DNA of 64,000 nucleotides, taken from the NCBI GenBank assembly GCA_905178155.1, contig CAJINV010000004.1:11267655-11331654 (forward strand), given 5' to 3'. The position numbers and the translations under genes are program-made. Below are positions 36,901 through 48,849 of the stretch, one piece after another. The number at the start of each line of letters is the position of its first letter. Position 1 is the stretch's first letter. The notes below the pieces were generated by a model that was not told the origin of the DNA, made no database searches, and worked only from the letters and a program-made list of their open reading frames with translations. The DNA is from Amoebophrya sp. A120. Lineage: Eukaryota; Protista; Dinoflagellata.

Positions 36901-38360
36901 GTAGCGGTCCTGGTCCTACGCTGTAGGAATTGAGAGACTCAATGTCGATATAGCAGGTGCAGCACCGCGCACTTCGGTACGACGACCCTGTCGATACTTA
37001 AAGCAGGTCTAGCACTTTTACAGCCCCTATTCGGGTATGAAAGCCTGAATAGCCCCGCTCCTGATCATCAGAAAACGACATCGAGCTACAAGAGCTGCAC
37101 CTCCACCTAAATCGTGAAAGTTATATATTACTTCGCACTCTTCCAGTACCTACTAAGGGGATAGGGATACTCGTACTAGCATACGCATCGGAAGTTTGCT
37201 GTCCCAATGTTGTGTTCCTTCATTTCAGTATGAAGAGTAGTGTCGACATGTACTTGTAGAGAACGAAAACGTGCTCCACAAAAGAGATCTAAGTTACACG
37301 CCTTTGAATGTATGTCTCGGGATTGTGGCTGGGGAAGTGTCTCTTTGTCTTTGTTTTCATGTAATTCACAAATCATCTGTAATATGCCAAAAGCAGTAAA
37401 AAGTATGGGGTAATAAGCTTCTCGAAGCTTTTTATGTCATTGCTGAATGTCGTGCCGTCTTGCTTCTCCGCATTTAGTTTTTATCTACTCTAAAAGTTTG
37501 CTTTTCTAGAGAAGCACAATTCCTCTGAGAAGCGCCGTGAAGTAGACTTCACGTCCGTACTCAGCAAGAAAGATAGAAAGGAACAGCACACACGCACAAT
37601 GAATTTCTCTCTAGCGTGACACGCCGCCCTTTGCAAGTTCTAAAAGAGACCTACATCAACTACCCTTTTTTACACACAGAAAGAATGAGTCGTCCTCTAG
37701 TGGGTTGCAGTTGTCCCGTTGCTACTGTACTGAAAATTCTCTAGGTCAGTGCCACAACTAGTGCTAGGAACGGCTGATAACCTGCTGTTCAGGAATTCTG
37801 CGTCGGTGGCGGTGGTAACAGCTCCATTACTCGTGTTTGGCGTTGATGACATCTTCAACTGCACCGGCTGCTCGTTCGCATCTGTTTTTATTTTCGTGCA
37901 CTTTGACTTATTTGTGAAAATTGTGAATTGAATATAAAACGTGTCGTTGCATGACAAGGCAAAAATTTCTTCAAGAACATGAACGAGATTCAATGTACCA
38001 TGTCAAGGTTGACGAATAAACACAACATGAAATGTACCTTGCGCCTTTGTCGGACTTTGCGCTCCAGAGAGGAATGCGGAGTGCTGGGCCTGTGCGGCTT
38101 TGTTATACGTCTGATCCGGCATTGCGGAACCTGAGAGAGTGATCACCCGGGAACGAAATTTCGAAACGCAACTGATGCAGATGTTTTCAACATCTCATTT
38201 AACTGCAAGTCAATACATGACCAGCACGTAGTTCAATTCGTTGCACTGCTAGAGGGACCGAATGAGCATCAAGCAGTCCTTGAGGTCTCGTTTCTCGATC
38301 CTGCGCTACCACACTATCAGTAACAGTTCATGTTACAGTTACAGAAGATATAGATGCACA

Positions 38361-41300
38361 TCAAATACCTGTACCTTGCAAGTAGTTCATGTGCTTGCCC
38401 CCGGCGTATTTTCCGGACCCTTTGATGCCTTTCCCAAAGCCGCCCTTGGCGCCGCGGTGCCCGCCCTGCCCGTGCTCCGGTTTTTCGTAGAAGCGGCAGA
38501 CAATCTTGCCGCAGCCCTCTCGGATCTCGTAGTTGTTGTTTAGCGTGTTAATCTATGGATTGTAAAAATGTCTGGGTCTGGAAGGTTGGAACTTGTAATG
38601 CTAGCTTTCCATACCTAGAAAATCTGTATTGCATAACCAACAAAAGTCGCAGCCTCTTTTGCCATGCAAAAACGCAGTTTCTCATGCGGATTGCCTATGA
38701 GAAAGCGTTTTGGGAAGTTGTCATGCCGGACTGCATTCGGAAGCGTTTCCATCATGCACATTTTAGCATCACAAGTTTCCAGACCCAGACATTTTTGCAT
38801 TTGATATAATCGCGGTCTGGGCCTCGATTTGCTGCTGGTACTCCACAAACGCACAGGCTTTATCAAGTGCAAAAATGTCTGGGTCTGGAAACTTGTGATG
38901 CTGGGTGGCGTATCGTGAGGAGGCCACGAGTGCTGGCTCAGCATGACAAGTTTCTGAGCTTCTCGGTGTTGCCTATTCTGCATGACAAACTGCGTGTCTG
39001 CATGACAGAAAAACGGCGCTCTTGGGTAACGTGCATGACAGATTTGAGAGTTATGCCAGACAAGCATGACAAACATGCACTCTTCCAGACCGAGACATTT
39101 TTACATTTGATAGGCTTGCCCACTGTCTGACTTGCCGACCATAACGTGCACATCCGTCACTACACCATATGTGGAAAAAACCTTTTTTGTTTTTTTTTCA
39201 TTCCGCATATTCCATAGTACACCTCCAATCACAGTGTCGTCCTGCTCCTGTTCAAGCCACGTAGAGGCAAAAATGGATGTGCCGGCATATCAAAAAGCCG
39301 TTCTTTCAGTACTTACCTGTCGTAGCACTTCCTTGGTGATGTCAGTGGGTAGGTTGCCGACGAAGATCTTCCGCTGTATGCGAACGAAGAGCGAGGACGT
39401 AGCACCACCGCGGAATTTCACTTTGTCATGCTGTGCTGCAAGTACACGCTCTCGTCGATCTTGTGCCTACCGATACTCACGATACCGTCAGTAGGTGCAT
39501 ATAGCAAAAGATCCCGCAGCTTCTCCAAACCCCTTTCACCTTCATTTGGAGAAGAATCGACGCGCGGAACCACGGACTACGACTAGTATCAAAATCTGTT
39601 CGTGTTGTGTATGATACTAACTGATGCAAGTGCGTGTGTCTTCGAAGGCACAGCAACTGCAAGTAGTCTCATCTCCAGATGATTGCGAAATCTACAAATC
39701 CTTGATCGAGCACTGCAGCACAGCAGCCTTGCGAAATTCCTAGGTGGGTCAAGCGTCCCCGAAATTCTTCTTAATACCGGGGTGGTTGGGGTGCGGATTG
39801 CGCCCGGGGCGCGGTCCACCCCCCTTGCCGCCGCCGTAGTAACTGCCACCACCCGCGGCTCCCGCGGCCCCGCCGGCCTGCTGCTGCATGCCGTTGTGTT
39901 GCATCATGCCGTTCTGGACCTGGGCGCCCATGGGAAGATTCTGGTTGTGCACCATGCCATTGTGGCCGCCGCCCTTGGCCATGCCGGCCGCTCCGGGGCC
40001 CTTGGGATTCATGCCTCCCGGCCCCTTCCCACCGGCCATCGCCATGCCGGCCGGATTGTACAGCGGGTTGTAAAGCGGATTCAGAAAGTCGTGCCCCGCC
40101 ACGGCCGGAGGCTGGTGCGCGAGAGCCTGATATATGTATAATGACAATTTGTGTTGTTTCTTGCATCATGGAGCCATAGTGGCGAAAGAAGTTGAACTTG
40201 TTGCGCTTCACAATTTTGGACTTGCTCCTGATGGTCACGCCTAAGAAACGCCACTGTCAACATGCACACAAATATACTAATTCAATTCCTCGTCGTACCT
40301 GCGCATATACGGCGTACGGATCCGTCGCATACATTCCGTACGGATTCAGAGCGCCCTGGAGCATTGGATTAAAACCTGCTGCGGCGGCGTTGGATCCCGC
40401 GTAAGAACCTGCACTTGTCATCGAGCCTGAAGCGCGGGTGTCGACCTTGGCATACGATACCTGAATAGTGTATTCGCAGCAATAACGTCTGATAATTCTT
40501 GGATAAACAGGGAATTCGAAAAACTCCCTCTCGACATGAGTTTTGAAATCATCGTATACTCACCATCAGATGGTGCTTGAGCCTTCTTTTCCCAGATGAA
40601 ACAAATGCCCAGCAACAGCAGTACTAAACTTACCGTGATCGGGTCGACCGCATCGATGCGAATTTTGTACGTCTTATTCAGAGCAGCGATTGCTTGGTCA
40701 GCAGACACCTGATCAGCGTAGTGCACGAACGCACATGCCGCACCGGACTGGGACCGACCTGATTATGATTTGTGGAGGGGGTATGGATTATTTATTGCTG
40801 TCCTCGTACAACTGAATGAAAACTTTTAAATTTGCAATTCGCGCGTAGCGCTACTGTCAAGTCTTCCTCCATGTTGATAGAGACGCCGCCTTTTGTAAGT
40901 GCCCCAAAAGAAAACCACTCTATACCGGTCATAATGTGTACATCCGTGACCATTCCGTAGGTGGTCACGGCTGGCCTTTTGGGCCACCCAGATCGAGCTT
41001 TTCCAAGCCTGGGAAGGGTTCCAGTTTGCGACCTCAGAGAGGTCGAAAACCGTGCCCGTGTGACACACCTCCACAGGCTTGATAATTGTTTTTTCTTCGT
41101 CCAATCCCGGTGGTACGGGCCTGCGGAAAATTTTGCGAACCCCTTTTGAGCGGCAATTTTCAACAAGCGGCTTCTGCTTTTTCACAAAAAAACGCCATTT
41201 TCAATTTATTACTAAGCGGCCGCTGCGCCATGCAGAAAATCCGCGTTTTCTCCCGGCCGCTTCCACGCTGCGAAAAATGTAACTTTTTTCGTCTTTTTTT

Positions 41301-42432
41301 TCAATTTTCAAGCGGTTTCCAGGTTCTGGACGAATTTGGTAAATTTTGTCGCCCGCTTGCATGCTGTAAAAAAACGCACTTTTTAAGCATTTTTTTTCAA
41401 TTTTTAAGCGGCCGGGGCTGCCTGGTAGTGACGCATTTTCCGCTATAAAACGCATCACACCATCGGCCCTAGCCGAAAATACTTTTCTCTTTTTTCAGAT
41501 TCAGACCGGGCGGAGCAGCAAAACTGCTCTTTTTTACCCTCTTCTCGCTTGGTAATTGCTGTTTTGGCTGCTTTCGGCAAAATTCGCACAAATTCCCTCC
41601 GATCCGCTTTCTGAAGGCAAAACACAGTTGGAAATGCCCGACTTTGCGAGTGATTGCATACTCCCGAGTCCCTCCCATATGGCAACGGCAAAGCCTTCGC
41701 GCTGCGTTTGCGATGGATGAGCATCTCGCAAAGAGCGCTTTGCGCGCGGGCTTTGGTTACCAGATAAGTACTGAAAAGAAAACTACTCTATACCGGTCAT
41801 AATGTGTACGTCCGTGACCATTCCGTATGTGGTGAAAACGGTGCGCGTGCTATCGTGATGAAAAATCCCCCCCATTCCCATATCGAAATGGAAAAACTCG
41901 TGCACGCAACTCGCTCCGTATTGCAGCAAGCCACCACACGTAGATGCTAATCCTGTGACTGAGTGTAGCGAGCAGAGTCTTAGTGGTTCGGCATGACAGA
42001 TGTCCCAACAATGACCCGAACGGTATAGGACAACATTGCGCACAAAATTAAAGAATTAAAATACAACGCGAAGGTATTAATACTAGGTAAGCACACAAAA
42101 CAAGCGCTTTCCCCTTTGTTTGAGCAGTACTTCTCAAGGGGAGGGGGAATTTTCCTCTCAATACATGTCTTCCTCGCTGATGTCAGCGGGAAGGTTCCCG
42201 ACGAACAATTTGTACTCCATGACTTCTTGTCCTGTGCAAAAGTATCGCATTCGTACCAAGAGCAAAACCATAACCTACCAATTTCAATCTTGCATGACAG
42301 AATGTCTCTACTTCCAAGGCAAATCAGCACTGCAAGTTCCACTTTTCAAGAAGTTGAGAAAATCCAATATTGTGCATGCAACTTATACTAGTGCGATGCT
42401 TTTGCAATGCCTACTTGTTCCGATGGGGTCAT
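38361..42432 (-). CDS. RNA-binding protein with two RRMs (CELF/Bruno-like), a G/Q/N/M-rich linker and a G/K-rich tail
   Basis: MTPSEQV-MEYKLFVGNLPADISEED-RTVFTTYGMVTDVHIMTG-RSQSGAACAFVHY. Second RRM: RKIFVGNLPTDITKEVLRQ-VFSTYGVVTDVHVMVGKSDSGQ-ACAFVEY. Confidence 0.88.
38554..38806. mobile_element. Introner family A copy A4
   Basis: Family A TIR, TSD taatc, in-frame QTAI-NTLN. Confidence 0.93.
38861..39112. mobile_element. Introner family A copy A5
   Basis: Family A TIR, TSD ggctt. Splits RNP1 (GQA-CAFVEY). Confidence 0.95.
40966..41773. mobile_element. 808-bp insertion flanked by a 60-bp duplication of an RRM exon end plus splice donor
   Basis: 40906-40965 and 41774-41833 are 57/60 identical. 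Interior has repeated tttttttcaatttt.aagcgg motifs. Confidence 0.7.
41851..42164. mobile_element. Introner family C copy C2 (aged)
   Basis: Ends tatcgtgatgaaaaatccccccc versus (rc) tattgagaggaaaattccccctccc. Flanks cgtgc/catgt. Confidence 0.8.
42228..42413. mobile_element. Aged introner just downstream of the predicted RRM start codon
   Basis: Ends tgtcctgtgcaaaagtatcgca versus (rc) taggcattgcaaaagcatcgca. TSD cttct/cttgt. In-frame PSEQ-VMEY. Confidence 0.7.
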
Positions 42433-43201
42433 GTAGAAACGGTTATTTCCAGGCGTTGCGACGCGGTGGAGCGCAGCTCGTAGTCACCCTCCGAGCCCTT
42501 TCTTTCTCTAACTTCTAAGACCTTTGCGTGACGTAGTAGTTCTTTCCAGTTCTGTACCGTCGACGTCGCCCAGCTGATCTCTTCCTGCTCTTGCGGACAA
42601 TCAATCGTTCTCGGGGTGTCGACCAGAACCAACTACAGAGGACTTGGAGTTCAGCTGCTTTTCAGGAGTAGCTTCTGGCAGCAGATAGCGCTGATATTTC
42701 CGCGGCTCGTAGTTTTGAGGCTGCTCCTGCTGGTCCTGGCGCCCAGTAGAAAATGAAAGAAGGGCGGACAGGTTCTACTTGAAGCTGTGATTTTTCTGAA
42801 ACGACGAGGACCACGGGGTCAGAAGGTACTTAAATCGTGCCAGAATGAAGTAGCTCTTCCCGCCGGCGGTTCCTTAGAAGGATTCGGTCGATTCGGTTTC
42901 CTGATCCTGAAACTGAGTTTTTCCTACTTCTGCGCGGGCCTCGTAGGAGGTTCGGCGTTGTTTCTTGTTCTGCTTCTGCTCCAGTAAACAATGGACTGCA
43001 GCTAGTACGGCACTTGACGTGGTTATCGATAATGCTCAATGCGATAATGTAAGTTCGTGAGGATGATGGTTGTGTTCTCCGGGTATGTATCAACTGTAAA
43101 AATGTCTGGGTCTGGAAGAATGCAACTTGTGATGCTGAATTTGGATTCCAAAAAAATCTGTATTGCATGAGCAGCAAAGGGAGTGTAATTCTTGCTACGC
43201 G

Positions 43202-45562
43202 TTGTTGTTGTTGTTTTGACATTTGACTCCTGTCAGGGTGGCGTTAGAACAGATTTAGCCTCTGCCAATACCGTGGCGTTAGAACAGATTTAGCCTCTGC
43301 CAATACCCCTAGGTGGACACCCGTTCCACGTCCTACAGGTACCACCCGACCGCATCCGCCGAACCGCTTGCGATTGCTTACGCATGAGTACGGCCAGTGG
43401 GCGCTAGATGTGGCTGACCTGATTTACCATCCAAGCCCTCGAGCAAGGTGGAGCTCCAGCGTTGCCTTGTTGGGTTATTCTTACAAACATTTAACGCTAC
43501 AGCTTCTGTGGTCGGTTGCGCGCTAGGTATACAGGGGGTCTATTGGTCACACACGTTGACCCTATCACGATGACGGGCAACCCCAAAGCATACCCCTTTC
43601 AAGCACTTTACCGACCTGCATCCGCGCACCCTTTTTATGCGCATAGGTAGAGTCGGACTTTGAAGCTCCGCGTTAGCAGAGCCGCCACCGCGCCCGCCCC
43701 GGGGGGACCCCTTGGGGAAGGGGGGCGCTGCCTTAGCGCAGTCTTTAAATTAGCAACCCTGTTCCCACCTACTAGTAAAAGGGACGCGTTGACGACGACG
43801 GGATAGCAGCGCCGTGCCTATTGGCTGGCGAGGACGAGATGATTAGCAGCGCCGAGCCTTTCAGCTGGCGGAAACGGAGCCCTTGCAGGCTAGCTGAGAC
43901 GACCGAGGGAGCCATTTTTTCTTTCTTTTTCTTTCCTCTGCTTCCTCTTCCCTCCGCCGACACCCAGAACACTACTCCCCCAATTTCGCCCTTCTGTTCC
44001 GTTCTCTTTCTTTCTTTTCATTATTTTCAACATCTCTTTCGTCATCGTTTTTCAGTGCGTGTTCCTAAACATTTGGGCTAACTCTTCCTGTAATGCATTA
44101 TCATACTTCGGTCTTTTCATAGATCTCCTTTCTTCCTGCCGTTTGCGCTCCTCCTCCCGTTCTGCTGCCTCTTCGCGGTCCCGCTTCCGGTCCCTCTCGT
44201 TCAGCTCCTCCAATGTTGGAAATCTTTCCTCTTCCTTTTCATCTTCTTTCTCCCTCACTGTTTCGCTTATGTCTTTGGCGGTTTTCTTTCTCAGACTTCC
44301 TGATCTCCCCTCTCCGCCTGGTTCTTCTGCTTCTCGTGATGTCATTTCTATTTCCTCCTCCTCCTCTGCCACTTTGCGCACTTGCTGCGTGTTCTTCTCT
44401 TGTCGCGTCGCATCCCCTGTGACTTCTTTTTTCACTGTTTTCTGTTCTTTCGAGATTTCCCTCTTAGGCAGTTTTCCTCCAGGCCCCCCTATCGTAATTT
44501 TTTGGAACATCTCCCGCGTTGCCTCCTCCGGTCCTTGATCCTTATAATACCCCATGCCAAAGCGCCCGAGTTTGTACACGTATCCTGAGCGGCTTCCCTG
44601 GTACTCCTGCGCCGGGGAGAAATACACATCTTCTTCTATTTCGTTCTCTTCTTCTTCTTTTGATTCCTTTCGCTCTTCTGTTATTTCCGGCATGTCCCTC
44701 CTGTTGCTGCTGCTCGACGTCGCGCGAGATTCTAATGGAACGTCTTCGGCTGTTTCTAGTAGGTCTGTGGCTCTTCCTATTATGTCCAGCGCCCTCTGCA
44801 GCATTTCGTTTCCTTCTTTCTGTGCTCTTATCTTTTCTCCTTCTACCATTTTTCTGATAGTTTCTGCTAATGACCCGCTGACTATCTCCCTGCTCGTGTC
44901 TGTCGTCGCAGTGTTCCCTTTGGGGTCTTTTCCGCAGCGAGCTTTCACCTTCGCGCTGCTACTTGCCTCCTTCCCCTTCCTCTCTCCTGTGCTGTCTTTC
45001 CTTCTGTCGTCCTCGCCGTCACCGCCTCCCTCCTCCGCTTTCTTCCCGTCTTTCTTTTCGTCTCCTATAATCTTCCGGTAGGTATACACTTGTCTTTCTA
45101 TTTTTGACATTTCCGGCCATTCCCAGATCGGTTTTGTCGGTACATTTTTTTCGCCGAAATCGTACTGAACCCATTCAGCATATTCATCATCATGCTTCGA
45201 CACGTTTGCTACCTTTAAGGGTATCGCTTCTGTATAGCCCCCTTGTGTTTCTCTTTTTTCGAGGGTTTTTGGCGCGTTCTGCTTTCCCCAGCGTCTGACT
45301 ATTGTTAAGCCCGGAATCTGTTTTTCTGCTTTTTCTATTTCCTCCTGCAGCTCTAACGCTATCCCTTGCTCTTTCCGCAGAAGCCCCCGCGTTTTCTCTT
45401 TCATCTCGTCGTAATCCAGCAAGCACGCGCACACTCCTCCACTCCCTTCGTGTTGCTGTTTCTTCACCATCTCTATTGCTCTTATGGCGTTATTGCAATA
45501 CGCTACGAATTTTCGCTCTTCTGTCCTAACTTCTGTCTTTAGGTGGTCCTGCCTCGTTTCAA
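43202..45562 (-). mobile_element. 5'-truncated non-LTR-retroelement-like insertion with a (CAA)n tail
   Basis: (gtt)n at the left junction, 35-bp tandem duplication at 43238-43307, strongly purine-skewed minus strand with a long ORF running to the right junction. Confidence 0.6.
44052..45562 (-). CDS. About 500-aa E/K/R-rich ORF of the nested element (ORF1/gag-like?), 5'-truncated
   Basis: Composition unlike host genes. Contains FSPAQEYQGSRSGYVYKLGRFGMGYYKD. No RT, endonuclease or DDE motif seen. Confidence 0.5.
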
Positions 45563-48500
45563 TTGTCATGCGGAATAGGCATCGCGAGGCCCTCAAAAAA
45601 TCTGTGATGCTAGGGCATGCATCACAGACATCATGGCCCAGGCAGAACATGCATGACAAGTCTCAGAATCTTCCAGACCCAGACATTTTTACATTTGATA
45701 GTATGGGAATGATCTCCGCGCGAGTCGGATGATGCTTCTATTCGAAGATGTACTTTTTGCCGGTTCTTCTGATGTGTAGACGACTACTTTTTCCCAAGTG
45801 GTTCGTGAAGATGATCAATCGTATGCCTATTCTTTCGATGCTCGATGTGTCGGATGTGTCGGATCCTTCTTGTCGTATGCACTGCAAATCTCGAAAATCA
45901 TCACGGGGCCTCGAAGGCTGCAATGCTTGGAGTTGAAGCTGTGAGTGGTAGGATCAGCTCGACGCATCAAGCCCTGGAAGAACTCTGTCATGCATGTTGC
46001 AATTACAACGAACGCAAAATTGCGGAATAATATATCAGAAAAGCCCTTTACATTTCTTGTTGTCATGTTTGGGCTGCTGCACGACAAAGAAATTAATACT
46101 AGCATTGCAACTTTCCAAACCCGGGTCGTCGTGGTCGTCGATATTTGCAGTTGATAAGCCGTGTGGTCGTGGATTTACAATGTAAATGTACAGAACGAAC
46201 TATGCCTCTCCCGCCGAACCGCCAGATGATCTTATGTCGTGTGGAAGCTGCTATGAATTCTTGCCGCGACTCCTTGTGCTATGCTATACGACCTAACGTT
46301 CTGAACTACGACCTCTTCAAAGTCGTGGTCCCCTATGAATGTAGTTGAATGATTTATTTTCAATCAGACACTTTCTACTATGTTGGTTGGGGTTCTTCGG
46401 TGGTTTAGTAAAACTGCATTCTGAATTTATTCTTGCGGTGGAGGACTCACTTCCAAAGCAGAAATCTTGTAGTACAAGAGTGCTAGCTACTGGGTCGGCT
46501 TTTTTGTACCAAGAAACCAAACGAGGGTTGAAGAATGGGGCGAGGTAAAATAAACAAAACAGGAAGAAATCTTTCCTCCTTCGGGTCAAAAACTCTAACT
46601 CGTTCGTTCGTGTGCAGGGTGATAGTTTACTTCTTGAGGGGTACGCTAATAATTGTTTTCATCGATCGAGCGTGTCTCGAACAGGGGTAGTAGAGCGAAG
46701 AGATGAATACTTATTTTCAACGGCTTGGGATCTATTTTTGAAGGGGACCACGGGCGGCCAGATGAGCCAACTTGTTTTACTTTTTTTGAATACCACTTAG
46801 AGGGTGGGCTCTTTCGGGGAAAGTTCTCTAATCACGTTGTGACGTAAAAAAAACGCCAAAGTAGTTCTTGTGTCAGAATCTTTTTTTTCGCCTAGCTTTG
46901 TTCCCGAGCAGGTTCTTAAAGCGGCCGTTTTCTAGTTTTTTTCACGAAGCTGTTCAAATAAATCACTGAAAAATAAACTCACTTTCTTCACTTATTAATC
47001 TTACAGATTTCGTAGAATTTGTTTTGTCGTTCGCGGGGGAATAAAAAAACGTAGTTTCTAAATTAAAAAGTTTTTCCCGTGCTGCCTTTATGATTCGCTA
47101 CTAGAAATTTTTGAATGCGTTCTGATTTGTAATTGGAACTTTAAATTCCTAGTACTATGAATTGGTTGTCGCTAAGGATATAATTAAGCTTGTGTGCTAA
47201 CTAACGCCCAACACTACTTCTTGTGAACCAGTGTTTGATGTGACTGGGCCGAGTAAAACAACAGGCTTAATTTTCCTTGTTTGGTCGCTGACAACAAGCA
47301 TCGTGATTCAAAATACTCCAACGCGCTTGTCTGAAAAAGCTGCTCGCGCTACAGTTCACCTTTTTACATACCGTTTACGCATGTTGTTACCAGACAAAAA
47401 TTCTACGCCCACCGTGGCCAGAAAGGAAAGGCAATTGTTCCACAAGATAATTCTTGCCATCTAAAGGTTAAGATCTTTTTTACGCAACAACGCTGAATGC
47501 CTCAAATCGCCTAACGAGATCCATCCGCAAGGTAGTTCCATGCGCACTCCAGCTCCTACTTGATGATCAGCTACTACGCATGTAATAAGCTGCGAGCGCG
47601 ACCACTACTACCATTGCTCGGTATAATGTACGATCATCGTGTTTGTTCTCTTGTTAATACTCTTCTTATGATATTATAGACACACTAGATCCATCGTGTC
47701 GACGCCAGATGTTGCACTTTTTGCGAGCTTAGGTACCAATGGGATACTATGCCTGTATGACGCTTAACAGTACTAGCAATTAATAGATATATTTGTAAGT
47801 GGAGTGAAGTACATGATTTTTCCGCACAATAATCAAGGTACGCCGGCGCGAGACCCCGATCTGTCTGGTCAGTGGCCGACGTGCTGGTGGTTCCGGTTTA
47901 GTAAAGGGCTATGGCTCTTTCGGTTTTGCGACACCGCAGTACCAGCTCCAACAGCAGTAGTAAAAAAATCTGTCTAGTATAGCAGTAGACTTTTTCGGTG
48001 TCAAGTGCACGCTGGAGAAAGACGAAACGGAAAAAAAAACGCAACCAAGTACGGACACAAATTCACACAAGTCAAGCCTTGTCTGCCAGTCATTCGGAAT
48101 GGAACACTTGCCTGTTTGCATTTCATCAGTGAAGAAATTTCAATCGGCCTCATTCCAGTTACAACGATGGAGCGCTCAACTCTGCTGTTCAGTCTCGTTC
48201 TGGTCGTGGAGGTGCCTTGGAACTAACACTACACTATTTCGCGCAGTAGAAGCAAAGTCGCTGAATTTCCATTTCGGGTAAAGTCTTAAGAAGTAAGGCG
48301 GCTGCAAAGGCAACACACAACACGTCATTCATGTGCAGGGCGCGATGCTGGGGGACACAGGGCAACATTCAATTTGCATGATAAGTTAATTCATTCGTCT
48401 TCACGTAGAGGCCCAGCACTGGTAGAGCATTTACTTATTTCCCAACTACGTTGTACTTACTACCGGCACCGTTGGGGCTACCTCGGGTCTCTTTCATTTT

Positions 48501-48849
48501 CCTGTTCGCTTTAGCCTATACCGTTTCATCGGGTCCCCCTAGGCACATTTGCAGGAGATATCGCATGAATCTCGACAATTGCTCAAATCACTCGCAGCTG
48601 CCTAGATGCATCTTGCCATTTAGTTTACTTTTTGTCTTTCCGACGGGAAGTAAAGTCAGGGCCGCGATGCAGTATTAATCAAAGCGAATGCGTAGATCCA
48701 TAGTAATCAATAAGTTGTCCTTGCCCAAATGGAAAAGCATACGCAGCAGTGCATAATTTCAAAATTTCGTCGTCAGAAATCGTACAGTATATGCCTCTGT
48801 GGGGGGAAGTCGCAACTCGACCTGCTGTATCGAGCTACTAATTTCGCCT

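Larger units (their letters stand above)
43088..45700. mobile_element. Introner family A copy A6, split by a 2.36-kb nested insertion
   Basis: Family A TIRs at both ends, TSD gtatg. Family A interior stops at about 43201 and resumes at about 45563. Confidence 0.92.

Noticed and set aside
43563-43592. Hammerhead ribozyme (cgatga-cgggcaacccc-aaag), which would suggest a Penelope-like element
   Set aside because: The core deviates from CUGANGA/GAAA and the flanking stems were not found.
44052-45659. ORF inside TIR-bounded A6 as the autonomous transposase
   Set aside because: No DDE or HTH pattern. It belongs to a secondary insertion that interrupts the normal family A interior, and its listed start lies in introner sequence.
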